Of a stretch of 64,000 nucleotides of DNA, positions 18,160 to 28,628 are shown in pieces. The position numbers and the translations under genes are program-made. Within the stretch, counting starts at the first letter, position 1; each line of letters opens with the position of its first letter. A model generated the notes under the pieces. The model was not told where the DNA came from. It was given only the letters and a program-made list of their open reading frames with translations, and did not search any database. The DNA is from Nitrosopumilus sp. (GTDB taxonomy: Archaea > Thermoproteota > Nitrososphaeria > Nitrososphaerales > Nitrosopumilaceae), in assembly GCA_965219345.1 (NCBI GenBank), contig OZ244732.1, forward strand, positions 1,248,001-1,312,000, written 5' to 3'.

Positions 18160-20376
18160 GTGTCAATATCATCAATACAGGTTTTGCATGAATTATTTCA
18201 TATATTAGAATCAAGTTGTAATGTCGTGGAGTCAAAGAGAATATGCAAGGGAGTCTGCAAAAGATTCAGGGTAAAAAAGCCCGTCTCTGGAGGCAGATAC
18301 GAGGCAGGACAGGGACGATGCCAGACATGTGACGTATGGATAGACTATCATGGAGGACATCTCAAGGACGGGGCTCCTGCAAGGATTGACTCGGCCGGAT
18401 GGTTCTGCAACTGTTGCAACTATAGAGTCCGCAAGAATCCAAGAAACATAGATCGCAAGGCAAAGTTGAGATCCGCAAATTCAGATGAGACAACCTCCGG
18501 TAAAAACGACGATGGTGTGGACCTGTCATATTTTAACAAGCGCCGAGCCCGCATGATAAAGTACATTGCAAGATGCATTCCAAGAGACAGGGATGTGTTT
18601 GACGAGTACGAATTCAGGGATGCACTCATGCAACACGCCATGTCTACATATGATATAGAGTCGGAATTCAACATGCCGATTGAGGATATAATCAGCCTTG
18701 CATATACGACAACTCCACCAAACAAGATATCGATGATCGTGGAGCTTGAGCGAGTTCGTGCCGTTCTAGGTGATACTCCAACAAAGCAAGAGTTTGAAGA
18801 GAATTCCAGCCTTATAGTATCGCAGTATGACGATGAATTTGTGTCTTGGGAACATCTCTTAGACAGGCTGGATTATGATCCATGGTACAGAGACAAGGCA
18901 AAGACGACACTTCCTACCTTTGAGAATATCATGCTACCGCTTTTGGAATTTTTATCAGACAGTCATAAAAGAGATTATTCAGAAGTAACTAATTATCTGG
19001 CATCCTATTTCAAACTAACTCAGAAAAGCCTGAAAATACAAAAGCCGTCTGGAGGAAGTTATTTTTACAATAAGATCGGATGGGCCAAAACATATCTGAC
19101 ACGTGCAGGCGTCTTGCAAAAGAAGGCAAAAGTATTTCAGATATCTACACTGGGTTTGGATGTATTAAAACAGAAACCGCCAAGAATTGACCGTGCGTTT
19201 CTGCACCGGCTTTCAGAGAATGCTTTGCACGAATCAGAGTCAGATAAAAAACACAGTCAGAACCAGAATATTCATACAGCACAGGAACCGTCACATGAAG
19301 AATACATGAACAGGCTCAATTGTCTAATTGACAAGATGCTACGTCTGGTAAAATCCAGTCAGAGCGGTGCATACATGAGCGATATCAGGATGTTGCTTGA
19401 TATCTCACAGGAGGAGATGTCCGGCGTTACCACAAGGCTGATAAGAATAGACGGTGTCTCCAAAAAAGAGATTGTTCATGATGGAATGCTAAAGGATATC
19501 TTGTTTCGATATGATGAACCAGTTGATGATATTGAGTCAAATGATATCGCACAAAATGAATACATTGAACAGACATCTGTACAAACAACAGACAGTATAG
19601 ATGTAATAGCACAACAAATGATTGATCAGTATTATGCAAATAGAAAGCTAGACAAATCTTTGCAACACAGCTTGACTATGGAATATCTCAAGTCCAGATC
19701 GATAGAATCTGTAATTGAGAATCATCCCGACCTGTCAGAGAAGGATATTCGACGCCATGTAAGAACACCACTGCGCTTACCAGATGAATTAAGAGTGCTC
19801 AATGAGACAGGTCTGCATCCAGATCCAAAATATTCACTATACATTGCACTTTTTGCAACAGACCATTACCAGTGGAACGGAGAAAAAGATGTGGAAGAGA
19901 ATGTGATACACATGGCCAAGTTATTATCAAGATATGTTATGTCGTTGAACAAATCCCCCAGCGGTAAATATGAGAAAAGCCAAGATGGTATAAAAGGTGG
20001 AACTCTATCAACTGCCATAGCTGTCTGGATAGCCGTTGCTACACTACATAAAGAGCATGGAATGGATACTGTCTTCTCAAAGCAGCTCATAACAGACAAA
20101 ATGATCCAGCAAAAACTATGTAATGTATCCTACAAAACCATCTCAGTTCACATCTCAAGTCACTGTGTTGCCAATGCCCCAACAACAATGTCTGCAGTTC
20201 ATCGAAAGCTGTATCGTGTTGGGCCTGGAGCATACAGGTTATACAAGAGAGGCGAGTCGTGTCATCCTACTAGAGAACGATGTAAAATAGCACCACTTCC
20301 CATACAAATGTCAGATGAATACAAAGATCTTAGAAGATGGTATGATGAAGAGTATTGTAGAGCCAATGATTCATAG
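18160..20376 (+). CDS. Multidomain DNA-binding protein: Cys-rich Zn finger, HNH-associated repeat, Mrr N-terminal wHTH, further helical/wHTH domains
   Basis: CKGVC..CQTC..CNCC; LGDTPTKQEF..Y...F.SW; PTFENIMLPLLEFL...NKIGWAKTYLTRAG. Confidence 0.75.
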   Translation: MSISSIQVLHELFHILESSCNVVESKRICKGVCKRFRVKKPVSGGRYEAGQGRCQTCDVWIDYHGGHLKDGAPARIDSAGWFCNCCNYRVRKNPRNIDRKAKLRSANSDETTSGKNDDGVDLSYFNKRRARMIKYIARCIPRDRDVFDEYEFRDALMQHAMSTYDIESEFNMPIEDIISLAYTTTPPNKISMIVELERVRAVLGDTPTKQEFEENSSLIVSQYDDEFVSWEHLLDRLDYDPWYRDKAKTTLPTFENIMLPLLEFLSDSHKRDYSEVTNYLASYFKLTQKSLKIQKPSGGSYFYNKIGWAKTYLTRAGVLQKKAKVFQISTLGLDVLKQKPPRIDRAFLHRLSENALHESESDKKHSQNQNIHTAQEPSHEEYMNRLNCLIDKMLRLVKSSQSGAYMSDIRMLLDISQEEMSGVTTRLIRIDGVSKKEIVHDGMLKDILFRYDEPVDDIESNDIAQNEYIEQTSVQTTDSIDVIAQQMIDQYYANRKLDKSLQHSLTMEYLKSRSIESVIENHPDLSEKDIRRHVRTPLRLPDELRVLNETGLHPDPKYSLYIALFATDHYQWNGEKDVEENVIHMAKLLSRYVMSLNKSPSGKYEKSQDGIKGGTLSTAIAVWIAVATLHKEHGMDTVFSKQLITDKMIQQKLCNVSYKTISVHISSHCVANAPTTMSAVHRKLYRVGPGAYRLYKRGESCHPTRERCKIAPLPIQMSDEYKDLRRWYDEEYCRANDS

Positions 20377-21093
20377 GCTGTATGGTGGCCTGTATTCTGT
20401 TCTGATGTTTGGAAATTTTTGCTCTATCATCTTTGCAAGCTGCTTTGCATATTGACTGCGGGAGTTGTCAGTAATCACATATTTTGGATTTACTGCTTCG
20501 ATATAGTCATAGATTCCTCTAATTGATGTGTGTGCAGCAAGATTAAATCTACATCCTCCTTCAAAGGGAATTATCGGTGGCTCATTTTTTGTAAATCTGA
20601 ATCTGTCCACCATGATCTTATGACAGTGATATACTTCATCATCTAACACCATATTTGACAGGAATATCACACATTTTTTGTTGGAGTGTAGGATATTCCA
20701 AAAATCCGGAGAGTTGTATTCAACTATCTCCCGAAACTGATTTGATTCGTATTGATAGATCATGCGCAGAACTTGTTCTTGTTTTTTATCCATGACAAAC
20801 ATCACACCATCATCTATCTTTTTGCCATATCCAACCTCAAAGTGTCGTATTATCTCCTGAAGTGTTCCAGATGAGGCCTGTATTACTATTTGATTATGCA
20901 GATCTAGTTGTTCTACGGTATACTCAAACATGCGATTTTTGATGGATTTTCTGTCCGTCTGCCCATCTATCCATGGGTCGCCATGAGTAGAATCTATTAC
21001 AAGATAATCGGCCTGTCTGATCTGAATGTCAGGAAAGCTAAAGTCGCCCGAGTACAGCCTCGCTTGTCCGAACAGCAAACAAAGAATTGTCAC
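20371..21093 (-). pseudogene. C-terminal part of an MBL-fold/beta-CASP nuclease
   Basis: LYSGDF, LVIDSTHG and AAH motifs; the HxHxDH N-terminus is missing and replaced by an unrelated frameshifted MKT-start remnant (21282). Confidence 0.65.
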
Positions 21094-21325
21094 AAACCGC
21101 TTTTATCTGGTTAGGGGAACATACAATCCAATCCTCAGGAAAGTGATATGTGTTAAAAACCAAATCCGTATTCTTGTAAATTTCTTCAACGTTTGTTGTA
21201 CTTGGAATTGCTTCATCGTCTACAACTTCTTTACGTGCATAAATTGTCCTACTGATTCAACTAATGGTATTCCGGTTTTCATATTTCTCTTAGGCCTAAG
21301 TTGTTAATAAAAACTATTTTCTAAC

Positions 21326-21715
21326 TTACAACTTCTTGAGCATCTCGGCAACCGTAACCATCTGAATTCCCTTGAACCCCTTCACTCTAAGAAGGTCATC
21401 GTCCCCTGAAACGATGTAATCTGCCTTTCCGTCGTATGCAGTGTTTACGATCACGTCGTCGTCAGGATCGTCTATGACTTTGAACTTTGACTTGATCATC
21501 TTGATATCGCTCGAAGAAACCAACGCAAACAGAATCTTTGATATTTCCCCTTCATCCATCTTGAACTTTGATCCGCGAAGAACTTTCGCCGTCTCGTTGA
21601 GTATCTCGTCAGAAGTGACCAAGACGTATTTTTTATCTTCTACTGCCTTATTCAACAGTTGTCTCGGCTTTCCGTTGCGAATTACTGCACTGATAAACAC
21701 GTTTGTGTCAAGCAC
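21326..21715 (-). CDS. PIN-domain (VapC-like) toxin
   Basis: LDTNVFISA...DPDDDVIVNTA...YIVSGDDDLL. Confidence 0.9.
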   Translation of the reverse strand: MLDTNVFISAVIRNGKPRQLLNKAVEDKKYVLVTSDEILNETAKVLRGSKFKMDEGEISKILFALVSSSDIKMIKSKFKVIDDPDDDVIVNTAYDGKADYIVSGDDDLLRVKGFKGIQMVTVAEMLKKL

Positions 21716-21746
21716 TACTCTGTATATCTAAAACAACTCCGACGTG

Positions 21747-22019
21747 CTACTTTTTGCGTCTTGCCTTTCTGTATTTTTTGACCTCGCCTACAATCTCCTT
21801 GTCTGAGACTTTCAGCTTCTTTGAGTCCATCTTCTTGAATATGCTGTCCCACTCCTTCTTCACATCAGGAACACGAAGCGTTTTCATCACTATGATGTCC
21901 CCTTTGCGCATCACGACAAATCTTGTCTTTGTCTTCAGCCCCATCTCCTTTCTGAAGAGTTGAGGTATCACTACCTGGCCTTTCTCGCTCATGGTTGTTA
22001 TTTCAAGTTCTTGTGACAT
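21747..22019 (-). CDS. AbrB/MazE/SpoVT-family antitoxin
   Basis: MSEKGQVVIPQLFRKEMGL; directly upstream of the PIN gene. Confidence 0.9.
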   Translation of the reverse strand: MSQELEITTMSEKGQVVIPQLFRKEMGLKTKTRFVVMRKGDIIVMKTLRVPDVKKEWDSIFKKMDSKKLKVSDKEIVGEVKKYRKARRKK

Positions 22020-22734
22020 CTTTCTTACCTGTAGTAATATTTTACTTTCTTACCTTTTATAGTTTAGTATGATGTCAGTTAAGCGAAATGAACACATACG
22101 AGGTATCTGCCCTGCACTATCTTTGAAACACCATCCATCATGGATTTCAAATGTATTATCCACGCAAGTACACATGTCATAAATCCGAACCGTCACTCTA
22201 TCCGTGTCTTTCCTCCTTTGATCTGGTCGCTTATCTTGCGGACACAACGATGTGCCGCAGGGTCTGTTTAGAGGTACTGCTTGTAGGCTCACAGGTTCAT
22301 AGAGTTTTACAACAAGCGCAAAACAGCGTGTTCCAAAACGGCTCGCCTAGTTGGAATGAATCCAGTATGTGCAGTATTTTATTGAAAAGTTTCATTTCTG
22401 ACTTGAGATAATATGATATTATGGAATCGGGCCAGTATCGCGTGGAACCAATTGAGATCTGTTCTGGCATCAAAAGTCCCGATGATCCATGGGAAAGGCA
22501 TACGAATTAGCAATATGCAGCTGCATGGTTTAACCAAAAAAAAAAAAATCTCAAGATTGACTGTAAGGTAATGGATCTACGAGAAGATATCAAAAAAAAA
22601 AAGTATGAAGCGAGATTTGTTGGAATAATGGAGTTGCCAGAAACAATTGCCTAGTACCCTCTGTAGTCCCGTAGATCTGGAGGATAAGTATTCTGGCAAA
22701 CACACTACAGCATACCAATATAAAAAATCTCAAC

Positions 22735-25575
22735 TCATTTTTGTGACTGATTTTTCACAGATTTGCTCCTCTTTGCGTTTATTCCATTTGGGATAAACCC
22801 CATAATTTTCTCCAGCATATTTTGTATCCGCCACCTGGCGCCTGACGTGTTTTTTACTAGTATAAAGACACTGCCTGCAATCAACGGAACAGTGACTAGT
22901 GCCATCAGGTAGGTATAGTCCTCCCTATACACTGCAACAATGTGTGAATCCCTACTTGCAACAAAAGACACTGCAGGTGAATCTGCCGCATCAATTCCCT
23001 CCCAGTGATCAAACACGTCACGAATCAAAAACAAGACCTTGTATTTGTCTGGTGCAGATATTTTGACTGTATCGCCAATCTTATACACGCCAGAGCCCTG
23101 CCCGTCAATCACGTCAATTAGAATCTCCTCGTTGTACGATGCTGATATCCTTACATCCTGCGTTGGTGTCATGTGAAGATAATTCCCCTTGATCTTCTCA
23201 CCGTTTACAGTCATCTTTTCAAATGCATATCCCCTGCTGTGCGCAGTCGTTTTTTTAGAAAACGCAATCTCGATATTGTCTGGCCTAAACTCTGAATAGT
23301 ACGGCGATACAGCTTCAATTGCATTGCTACCTACTGTAACATCAAACGGCATGGCTAGTCTTTTTCCCTCTGCATCATGTATTGTAACATCAATTGAGAA
23401 TATTTTTTTTACAGATATGGTTTCTGATATCGATACTGTCTCATAGCCGTCCCTTGTTGCAAGTACGGTAATTGTTGATGATTCATCTTCTGCATCAGGC
23501 GTTATTACAAACGTATCGTGTGCAGTATGCTCGTATGGATGATCCGTGATTAGCGTATAGCTTGCATTAACAGAGTTGAGAGCCTTCAGCACTGTCTGCT
23601 GGCCTAATCTCAAATCCGTCTTTTCAATGTCCAGGCTAACACTCATAGTATTTGCAAACCCAGATAGTTCCAGCTCTGATGCCCCCACATCCGAGATTAT
23701 CGTGGCCTGCGCATCACCGGAATTCTTCAGCAGCATGTGTCCGTCCCGTATTGTGACTCCAAGAGGGGAGGAGATCTTCCAGTGTGTGGCTTTGTACAGT
23801 GGCACTCCAAAGGAATCCACTGCATGTACGGCAAACGGGAACCACTCTTGGATGTGAACCTGTTCTGGTGCAAGCAGCTCTATTGACGTGGCAATCTTTG
23901 CAGGCAAGATATCTGCACTGGCAGAATCTATGCCGTCCATTGTTGCAGTGATGGCATCTGTTTTAGACAGTACGCCGCCAATTGTTGCCGAACCCGAATG
24001 TGTGGGCTGTATAACACCAGACAGTCTGGCAGATTCAGAGTATATCAAAAACTCTACGTCCCTTCCAAAGACGTCTTGCGCATCAATCATGGTGCCGCTT
24101 TTGTCTGTTATGCTGACTATGGCAACATCTTGTTTTGTGTGCGCAGTTGCAGCAAGTACGGTAATGTCCAGCCCAAACTCTTCTGTGTGTTGCGGAGCAA
24201 TTTCCACTCTGGCATTACCTGACTCTAGACCCTTACCTGATATCTGAATCTCATGAGTCCCATGATCCCCTGTGATCTCAAACTCTATTGCGTTGGTCTT
24301 TGTTATGTGCTGCTGCTCTAAAAGATAGACACCGTCGTGTTCTAGTCCGTCTGAAGAGGAGACATAGACAGTACCATGTGAGCTTGCAGGGGTGATTGTG
24401 GCGCCTTGGGATATTGCGCCGTCCATCTTTCCGACATCATCAATGAACAGCTCCAATGACTGTGTCTTGTTTATGTGGTATGTGGCAGCTACCCCCCATG
24501 CGGATTCGGATGTAACATCAGGGTATATCCAGGATAGTATGATGTTTGGCTCATGTTCTGTGTCATCTCGCATCACAAAGTTTTGCTCCTGAATCTTTAT
24601 TGTTGCAGAGTCGTCTGTACTGCCAATCTTTGCAGGGCCCACAAATATAGTATCATGTGCCGTGCCAAACTCCGCACTTGCAGTAATTGTTGCGTATCCC
24701 CTGTCGCCAGTGTACAGTATTCCCTTTGCAACGCCATCTACTAGATGTATCTGAAATCCGTCTGAACCTGTAACGTACGGGTTTGTGTTTAGTCTTGCAA
24801 TGTCTGTGTTGCTAGAATGAACAAAGGCATCTACCACATACGGCGGTACAAACGGTCTTTGCTCCTTTTCTAACCACACATAGTAAAACGCATAAGAGTT
24901 CTCCATGGCAATGTCCGGAGCTATGGCCATTCTGAGGGTGAACCCATCTTGAATCTTTTCTATGTGCGTCTTGTACGAATCCAGCTGATCGGCACTTGCA
25001 ATTATGTGGCCTGTCCCGCCTATATCCATCTCAAATGCTTTTAGAGTCGTACCGTTTCTTATGGTAATCGTATCTGGGGCATCAATTGCCTGCGTCGTGC
25101 TAATGTCTATCCTCAGATTCTCATTTGCAGGTGCAGGAGAGCCGCCCTCATCTACAAGCATCACATATCCAAGCATTGAATCTGCCTTTGTCTTGTTTGC
25201 AGGAATTACAATTTGCAGCCCGGATGCTTCGCTTTTTTTAGAATAGACCTGCGTTGATACAGAGTACAGCTGCCCGTCAATTGCTGCAAAGATATCTGCT
25301 GTTCCCTCATGTATTGGAGCAATTGAGAATATTCCATGATTCTGATAGGGTAGAATGGAGACGCTCTCCTGAATGTTTATTGCATCATCGCCGGCAGACA
25401 GCAAGACAAGTGAGCCCTGAGGCGTTGCCTCTGATATGACGACCCCCTCGTATTGCTCCCCTACAATCATGTGTTCTGGCACCCACAGTGTAACGTCAGC
25501 TTCTGCATATGCTGGTGCTGCCACGCACGCCAAAAAGACTATACACAAAAAGACTACACACAGCAAGCTTTTCAT
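22735..25575 (-). CDS. Large secreted multi-Ig-like surface protein with C-terminal TM anchor (946 aa)
   Basis: Signal peptide ending AYA; beta-rich; GSGxY..G..V.I.A module; TM helix + basic tail. Confidence 0.85.
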   Translation of the reverse strand: MKSLLCVVFLCIVFLACVAAPAYAEADVTLWVPEHMIVGEQYEGVVISEATPQGSLVLLSAGDDAINIQESVSILPYQNHGIFSIAPIHEGTADIFAAIDGQLYSVSTQVYSKKSEASGLQIVIPANKTKADSMLGYVMLVDEGGSPAPANENLRIDISTTQAIDAPDTITIRNGTTLKAFEMDIGGTGHIIASADQLDSYKTHIEKIQDGFTLRMAIAPDIAMENSYAFYYVWLEKEQRPFVPPYVVDAFVHSSNTDIARLNTNPYVTGSDGFQIHLVDGVAKGILYTGDRGYATITASAEFGTAHDTIFVGPAKIGSTDDSATIKIQEQNFVMRDDTEHEPNIILSWIYPDVTSESAWGVAATYHINKTQSLELFIDDVGKMDGAISQGATITPASSHGTVYVSSSDGLEHDGVYLLEQQHITKTNAIEFEITGDHGTHEIQISGKGLESGNARVEIAPQHTEEFGLDITVLAATAHTKQDVAIVSITDKSGTMIDAQDVFGRDVEFLIYSESARLSGVIQPTHSGSATIGGVLSKTDAITATMDGIDSASADILPAKIATSIELLAPEQVHIQEWFPFAVHAVDSFGVPLYKATHWKISSPLGVTIRDGHMLLKNSGDAQATIISDVGASELELSGFANTMSVSLDIEKTDLRLGQQTVLKALNSVNASYTLITDHPYEHTAHDTFVITPDAEDESSTITVLATRDGYETVSISETISVKKIFSIDVTIHDAEGKRLAMPFDVTVGSNAIEAVSPYYSEFRPDNIEIAFSKKTTAHSRGYAFEKMTVNGEKIKGNYLHMTPTQDVRISASYNEEILIDVIDGQGSGVYKIGDTVKISAPDKYKVLFLIRDVFDHWEGIDAADSPAVSFVASRDSHIVAVYREDYTYLMALVTVPLIAGSVFILVKNTSGARWRIQNMLEKIMGFIPNGINAKRSKSVKNQSQK

Positions 25576-25684
25576 CTAAATACGAATTTGAATTTTGGAT
25601 TTAAGCGGGGAAGAACTGATTCGGTATGAGACACCTGCCAACGAATTCACAGTATTTTCATAAAAAAAAATATCTGAGGCTTGA

Positions 25685-25861
25685 TTATTCTATCCTTAGT
25701 GCCTTTGATGGGCACTCATCTACCACCTTTCTGATCTGCTCTTCTGGAGCACCGTCCTGGATTATGACAAACTTTCCGTCCTGTACTGAAAATACAGACG
25801 GAAGATTCTTTACGCATTTTCCAGAATGAATGCAGATCTCCTCATCCCAGCTTACTTTCAT
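25685..25861 (-). CDS. Small monocluster ferredoxin (Fer4_19/YjdI-like, 58 aa), missing from ORF track
   Basis: MKVSWDEEICIHSGKCVKNLPSVF...VDECPSKAL. Confidence 0.85.
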   Translation of the reverse strand: MKVSWDEEICIHSGKCVKNLPSVFSVQDGKFVIIQDGAPEEQIRKVVDECPSKALRIE

Positions 25862-25918
25862 GGTTTACTCTATGACTACAGCTAGAAAAACTAGACGGTT
25901 TGCACGCCTCAACCCATG

Positions 25919-28141
25919 TCACATGCTTGTGTTTATGCTGGCATATCGCAAAACAGCAGTGGCAGAGGCCGTACCGCTCCTTTGATATTCAGTAAATCCG
26001 GAAGGCACAGGCGGAATACTCCCCTGTGCAAATATCTGATTGTAAAAATAAAACTCTACAAAGTCCGCCTCTCTTACCGGGACTGAAATCGTATCAGTTA
26101 TGGTAATTTCAGGATATGAGAATCGCGCAATGTGCGTAGCTGACGTACTGTGACTTTGTGCCGTGTGGTCAGTCTCTGGCGTATCACTGAAAAATATCTG
26201 TGTTCTAGTATTGCCGTTTATCGGTGTGATCTCCCCGTTGATGTACACCTCAATCCATGTTGTAAGCGGGTCTGTGGGCCGAGGAGGTGGGGGAGGAGGC
26301 GGGTTGCCCAGATACTTCCGGGTGTTTGTAATTTCAGACGTCCCAGATATGGTTGCCTGCACATGTGCTTTTGCGTTTCCGTCGTGCGTGGCAACCATGT
26401 ATGCTATGGCCCCGGCCGTTGACTGTACACTGTGGATAAAGCCGTCTGGATTGCTTTGCGTAATCGTGTCTGACACAGAGTCTGCAATGTACAGTCCCGT
26501 GCCGCTCAGTACGTCTGCTACGTTTAGGGATATTGGCACACCGCTGATTCTCATGTGAATGCTTTGGTACGTTGGAATTACTGGGACAAAGATGCTCTGT
26601 CCATCTGTATAGTTTCCATCAAGATACTGCAAAGACAGCCTCTCATCCAAATTGATTCCAGTTATCGTTACATCTCCTATCACTGGAATCTTGACATAGG
26701 CATGAACGTTGTACAGGGTATCTTTTAGCTTGGATTCTGCAAATATTCTGTCATGTATGGTATCGTGTAGTGTCGCATCATTGTGGTGATCAAATATTAC
26801 GGTCTGAATGCTAGGTGAACCGGCACTGTACATAATGGATTTGTCATGTATATGGAGCACTCCGCCAATCTCAGATGACACATCTGAATCCGGCGCAGGT
26901 ATGCTTATCGTGCCTTGTTTTGTGGTAAAGCCTGCTGCAATTGTGTGGCCGTCTCGGATTATACTGTAGCCAGTATCAGGAGCCACTCCGGACACATCTA
27001 TGAAATTTCTCTGCCCCAGTGCCGTTCCTTTGATCTCAGATGTCCCGCCTGCTGAATCAATTATCAGATAGTTGCCGTTCCCTGATGGCAGCGTAATTGT
27101 AGTCTCAAAATTTCCAGAAAACGCATGGATCTCCCTTACAGGAAGCGTGTCATATATCCAGTGATTAAAATCGCCCACATTGTTGTAGTTTATTCTAAAG
27201 ATTTTGGCACCGGGCCTCAGAATATCCCCGATGTTCATATTTTGTGGATTTGCAGTGTCGCCAACTATAACATGGTATCTGCTAGTGGCATCTGGCTGGA
27301 TTATCAGGGGTGCATTTACTGTCACTGTATTGGTTCCAGATACCGTGTACCTTCCTTTGCAACATTTTCCATGGTACACAGAGGCACTGGCATTCTGTGT
27401 ATATTGGAATGTGGCAGATTTCTCAGAATCATCTGCAGAGCCTGCCTCTAAGGCCAGACCAGTAGTTGCTGGGTTGCATGTGCAATGATTTATCAAAAAC
27501 CCGCGTGTTGCATCATGTGTAATTGTAATCAGATTGTACGGGGACTCTACTAACCGGATTGTAGTGCCCTGGCTGAGCTTTCCGGTCAGTACCATCTCTT
27601 CTGCGTTATGATCATCTAGGTGCAGTACGGTTCTTCCCTTGCCTCCGATGAGAATTTTATCATACAGATCAACTTGTGCGTTGCCATTTATTTCTCTAGA
27701 GTCCGTATATCCAAGTATGTTGGGATGATCATTTGATGAGACCCTTGACAAAACCCCGCCGTCTCTGCCGACGTTTTCCATATCATAGCCATGGTAAAAC
27801 TCTGGTATCTCTGCAAGTCTGGAAAGTTCTGTGTCAAGTACGGCAGTTACAAATTTTGTTTGCGGATGCATTGTATTGTATGGTTTGATGGACTGTTCTT
27901 TGCCAAGCAGTCCTGTTGCGTGTATTACTTTGCCGGTGTAATCCTCATGTACGAGTCTGGAGTTTATTCCTATTCCATCTAGCATTGATGTGCCGTTGCC
28001 TGCACCGTCATTGCTTTCGTTTAATGCATCTGTGCCATCTAACACAAAGACGTTGCCCCTGCTAGTTACTATCTCGATGCTATCTGCATGTGCTGCACAT
28101 GGCACAAAAAATGCAAGAATCAACAGTCCGTACAGCTTCAT
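25919..28141 (-). CDS. Large secreted beta-rich protein (740 aa), putative adhesin
   Basis: Signal peptide; IEIVTSRGNVF motif like archaeal pilin C-termini; poly-Pro segment. Confidence 0.8.
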   Translation of the reverse strand: MKLYGLLILAFFVPCAAHADSIEIVTSRGNVFVLDGTDALNESNDGAGNGTSMLDGIGINSRLVHEDYTGKVIHATGLLGKEQSIKPYNTMHPQTKFVTAVLDTELSRLAEIPEFYHGYDMENVGRDGGVLSRVSSNDHPNILGYTDSREINGNAQVDLYDKILIGGKGRTVLHLDDHNAEEMVLTGKLSQGTTIRLVESPYNLITITHDATRGFLINHCTCNPATTGLALEAGSADDSEKSATFQYTQNASASVYHGKCCKGRYTVSGTNTVTVNAPLIIQPDATSRYHVIVGDTANPQNMNIGDILRPGAKIFRINYNNVGDFNHWIYDTLPVREIHAFSGNFETTITLPSGNGNYLIIDSAGGTSEIKGTALGQRNFIDVSGVAPDTGYSIIRDGHTIAAGFTTKQGTISIPAPDSDVSSEIGGVLHIHDKSIMYSAGSPSIQTVIFDHHNDATLHDTIHDRIFAESKLKDTLYNVHAYVKIPVIGDVTITGINLDERLSLQYLDGNYTDGQSIFVPVIPTYQSIHMRISGVPISLNVADVLSGTGLYIADSVSDTITQSNPDGFIHSVQSTAGAIAYMVATHDGNAKAHVQATISGTSEITNTRKYLGNPPPPPPPRPTDPLTTWIEVYINGEITPINGNTRTQIFFSDTPETDHTAQSHSTSATHIARFSYPEITITDTISVPVREADFVEFYFYNQIFAQGSIPPVPSGFTEYQRSGTASATAVLRYASINTSM

Positions 28142-28142
28142 G

Positions 28143-28496
28143 CTATCTCCCCGATGTGATCTGCGTTATCGCATCTGCAACTCTGAGGTCTGCAGGTATT
28201 GCTTGTGTCTGCGATGAAAGAATGGTAGTTTCTGCTTTTTGCGTATGTATCACAGACCCTGAATCATCAAGTATTCTGACCTCCCTGACGTGGATTGGAA
28301 CAGGACCCGTGTTTTTTAGCCACAGCTGCCCGTCTTGGATTGTAACTGCTGCCTGCTCCTGGAGTCGTTGTGCCTGCATCTCGACAGTCCTTTGCATGGT
28401 ATCTGAATATCTGACCTGCTCATCAGAAAAGGAGATCATCATGGATATCGAGGCTACTGCCACTGCCAAAACCCCTAAAATCACAATCGGATTCAT
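28143..28496 (-). CDS. Archaeal pilin/ArlF-like protein
   Basis: N-terminal hydrophobic helix, coiled ..QRLQE segment, LKNTGPVPIHVREVRILDDSG. Confidence 0.6.
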   Translation of the reverse strand: MNPIVILGVLAVAVASISMMISFSDEQVRYSDTMQRTVEMQAQRLQEQAAVTIQDGQLWLKNTGPVPIHVREVRILDDSGSVIHTQKAETTILSSQTQAIPADLRVADAITQITSGR

Positions 28497-28544
28497 AACA
28501 TTGCAAATTTGAGGAGTATTTAAGGCAAAAAAATACCCTCACCG

Positions 28545-28628
28545 ATCACCCCGTTGTTGCCAACAGTAGGCAACAACAGGGCAATAAATCACCCTGTTGT
28601 TGCCAACAGTAGGCAACAACAGGGCAAT
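28545..28628. repeat. Two tandem 41-bp units (43-bp period), each a 13-bp-stem hairpin
   Basis: ccc(t/c)gttgttgcc-aacagta-ggcaacaacaggg x2. Confidence 0.95.

Noticed and set aside
22050-22700. Short ORFs between the TA pair and the 946-aa gene
   Set aside because: Stop-riddled with no recognisable motif; probably decayed genes that cannot be called.
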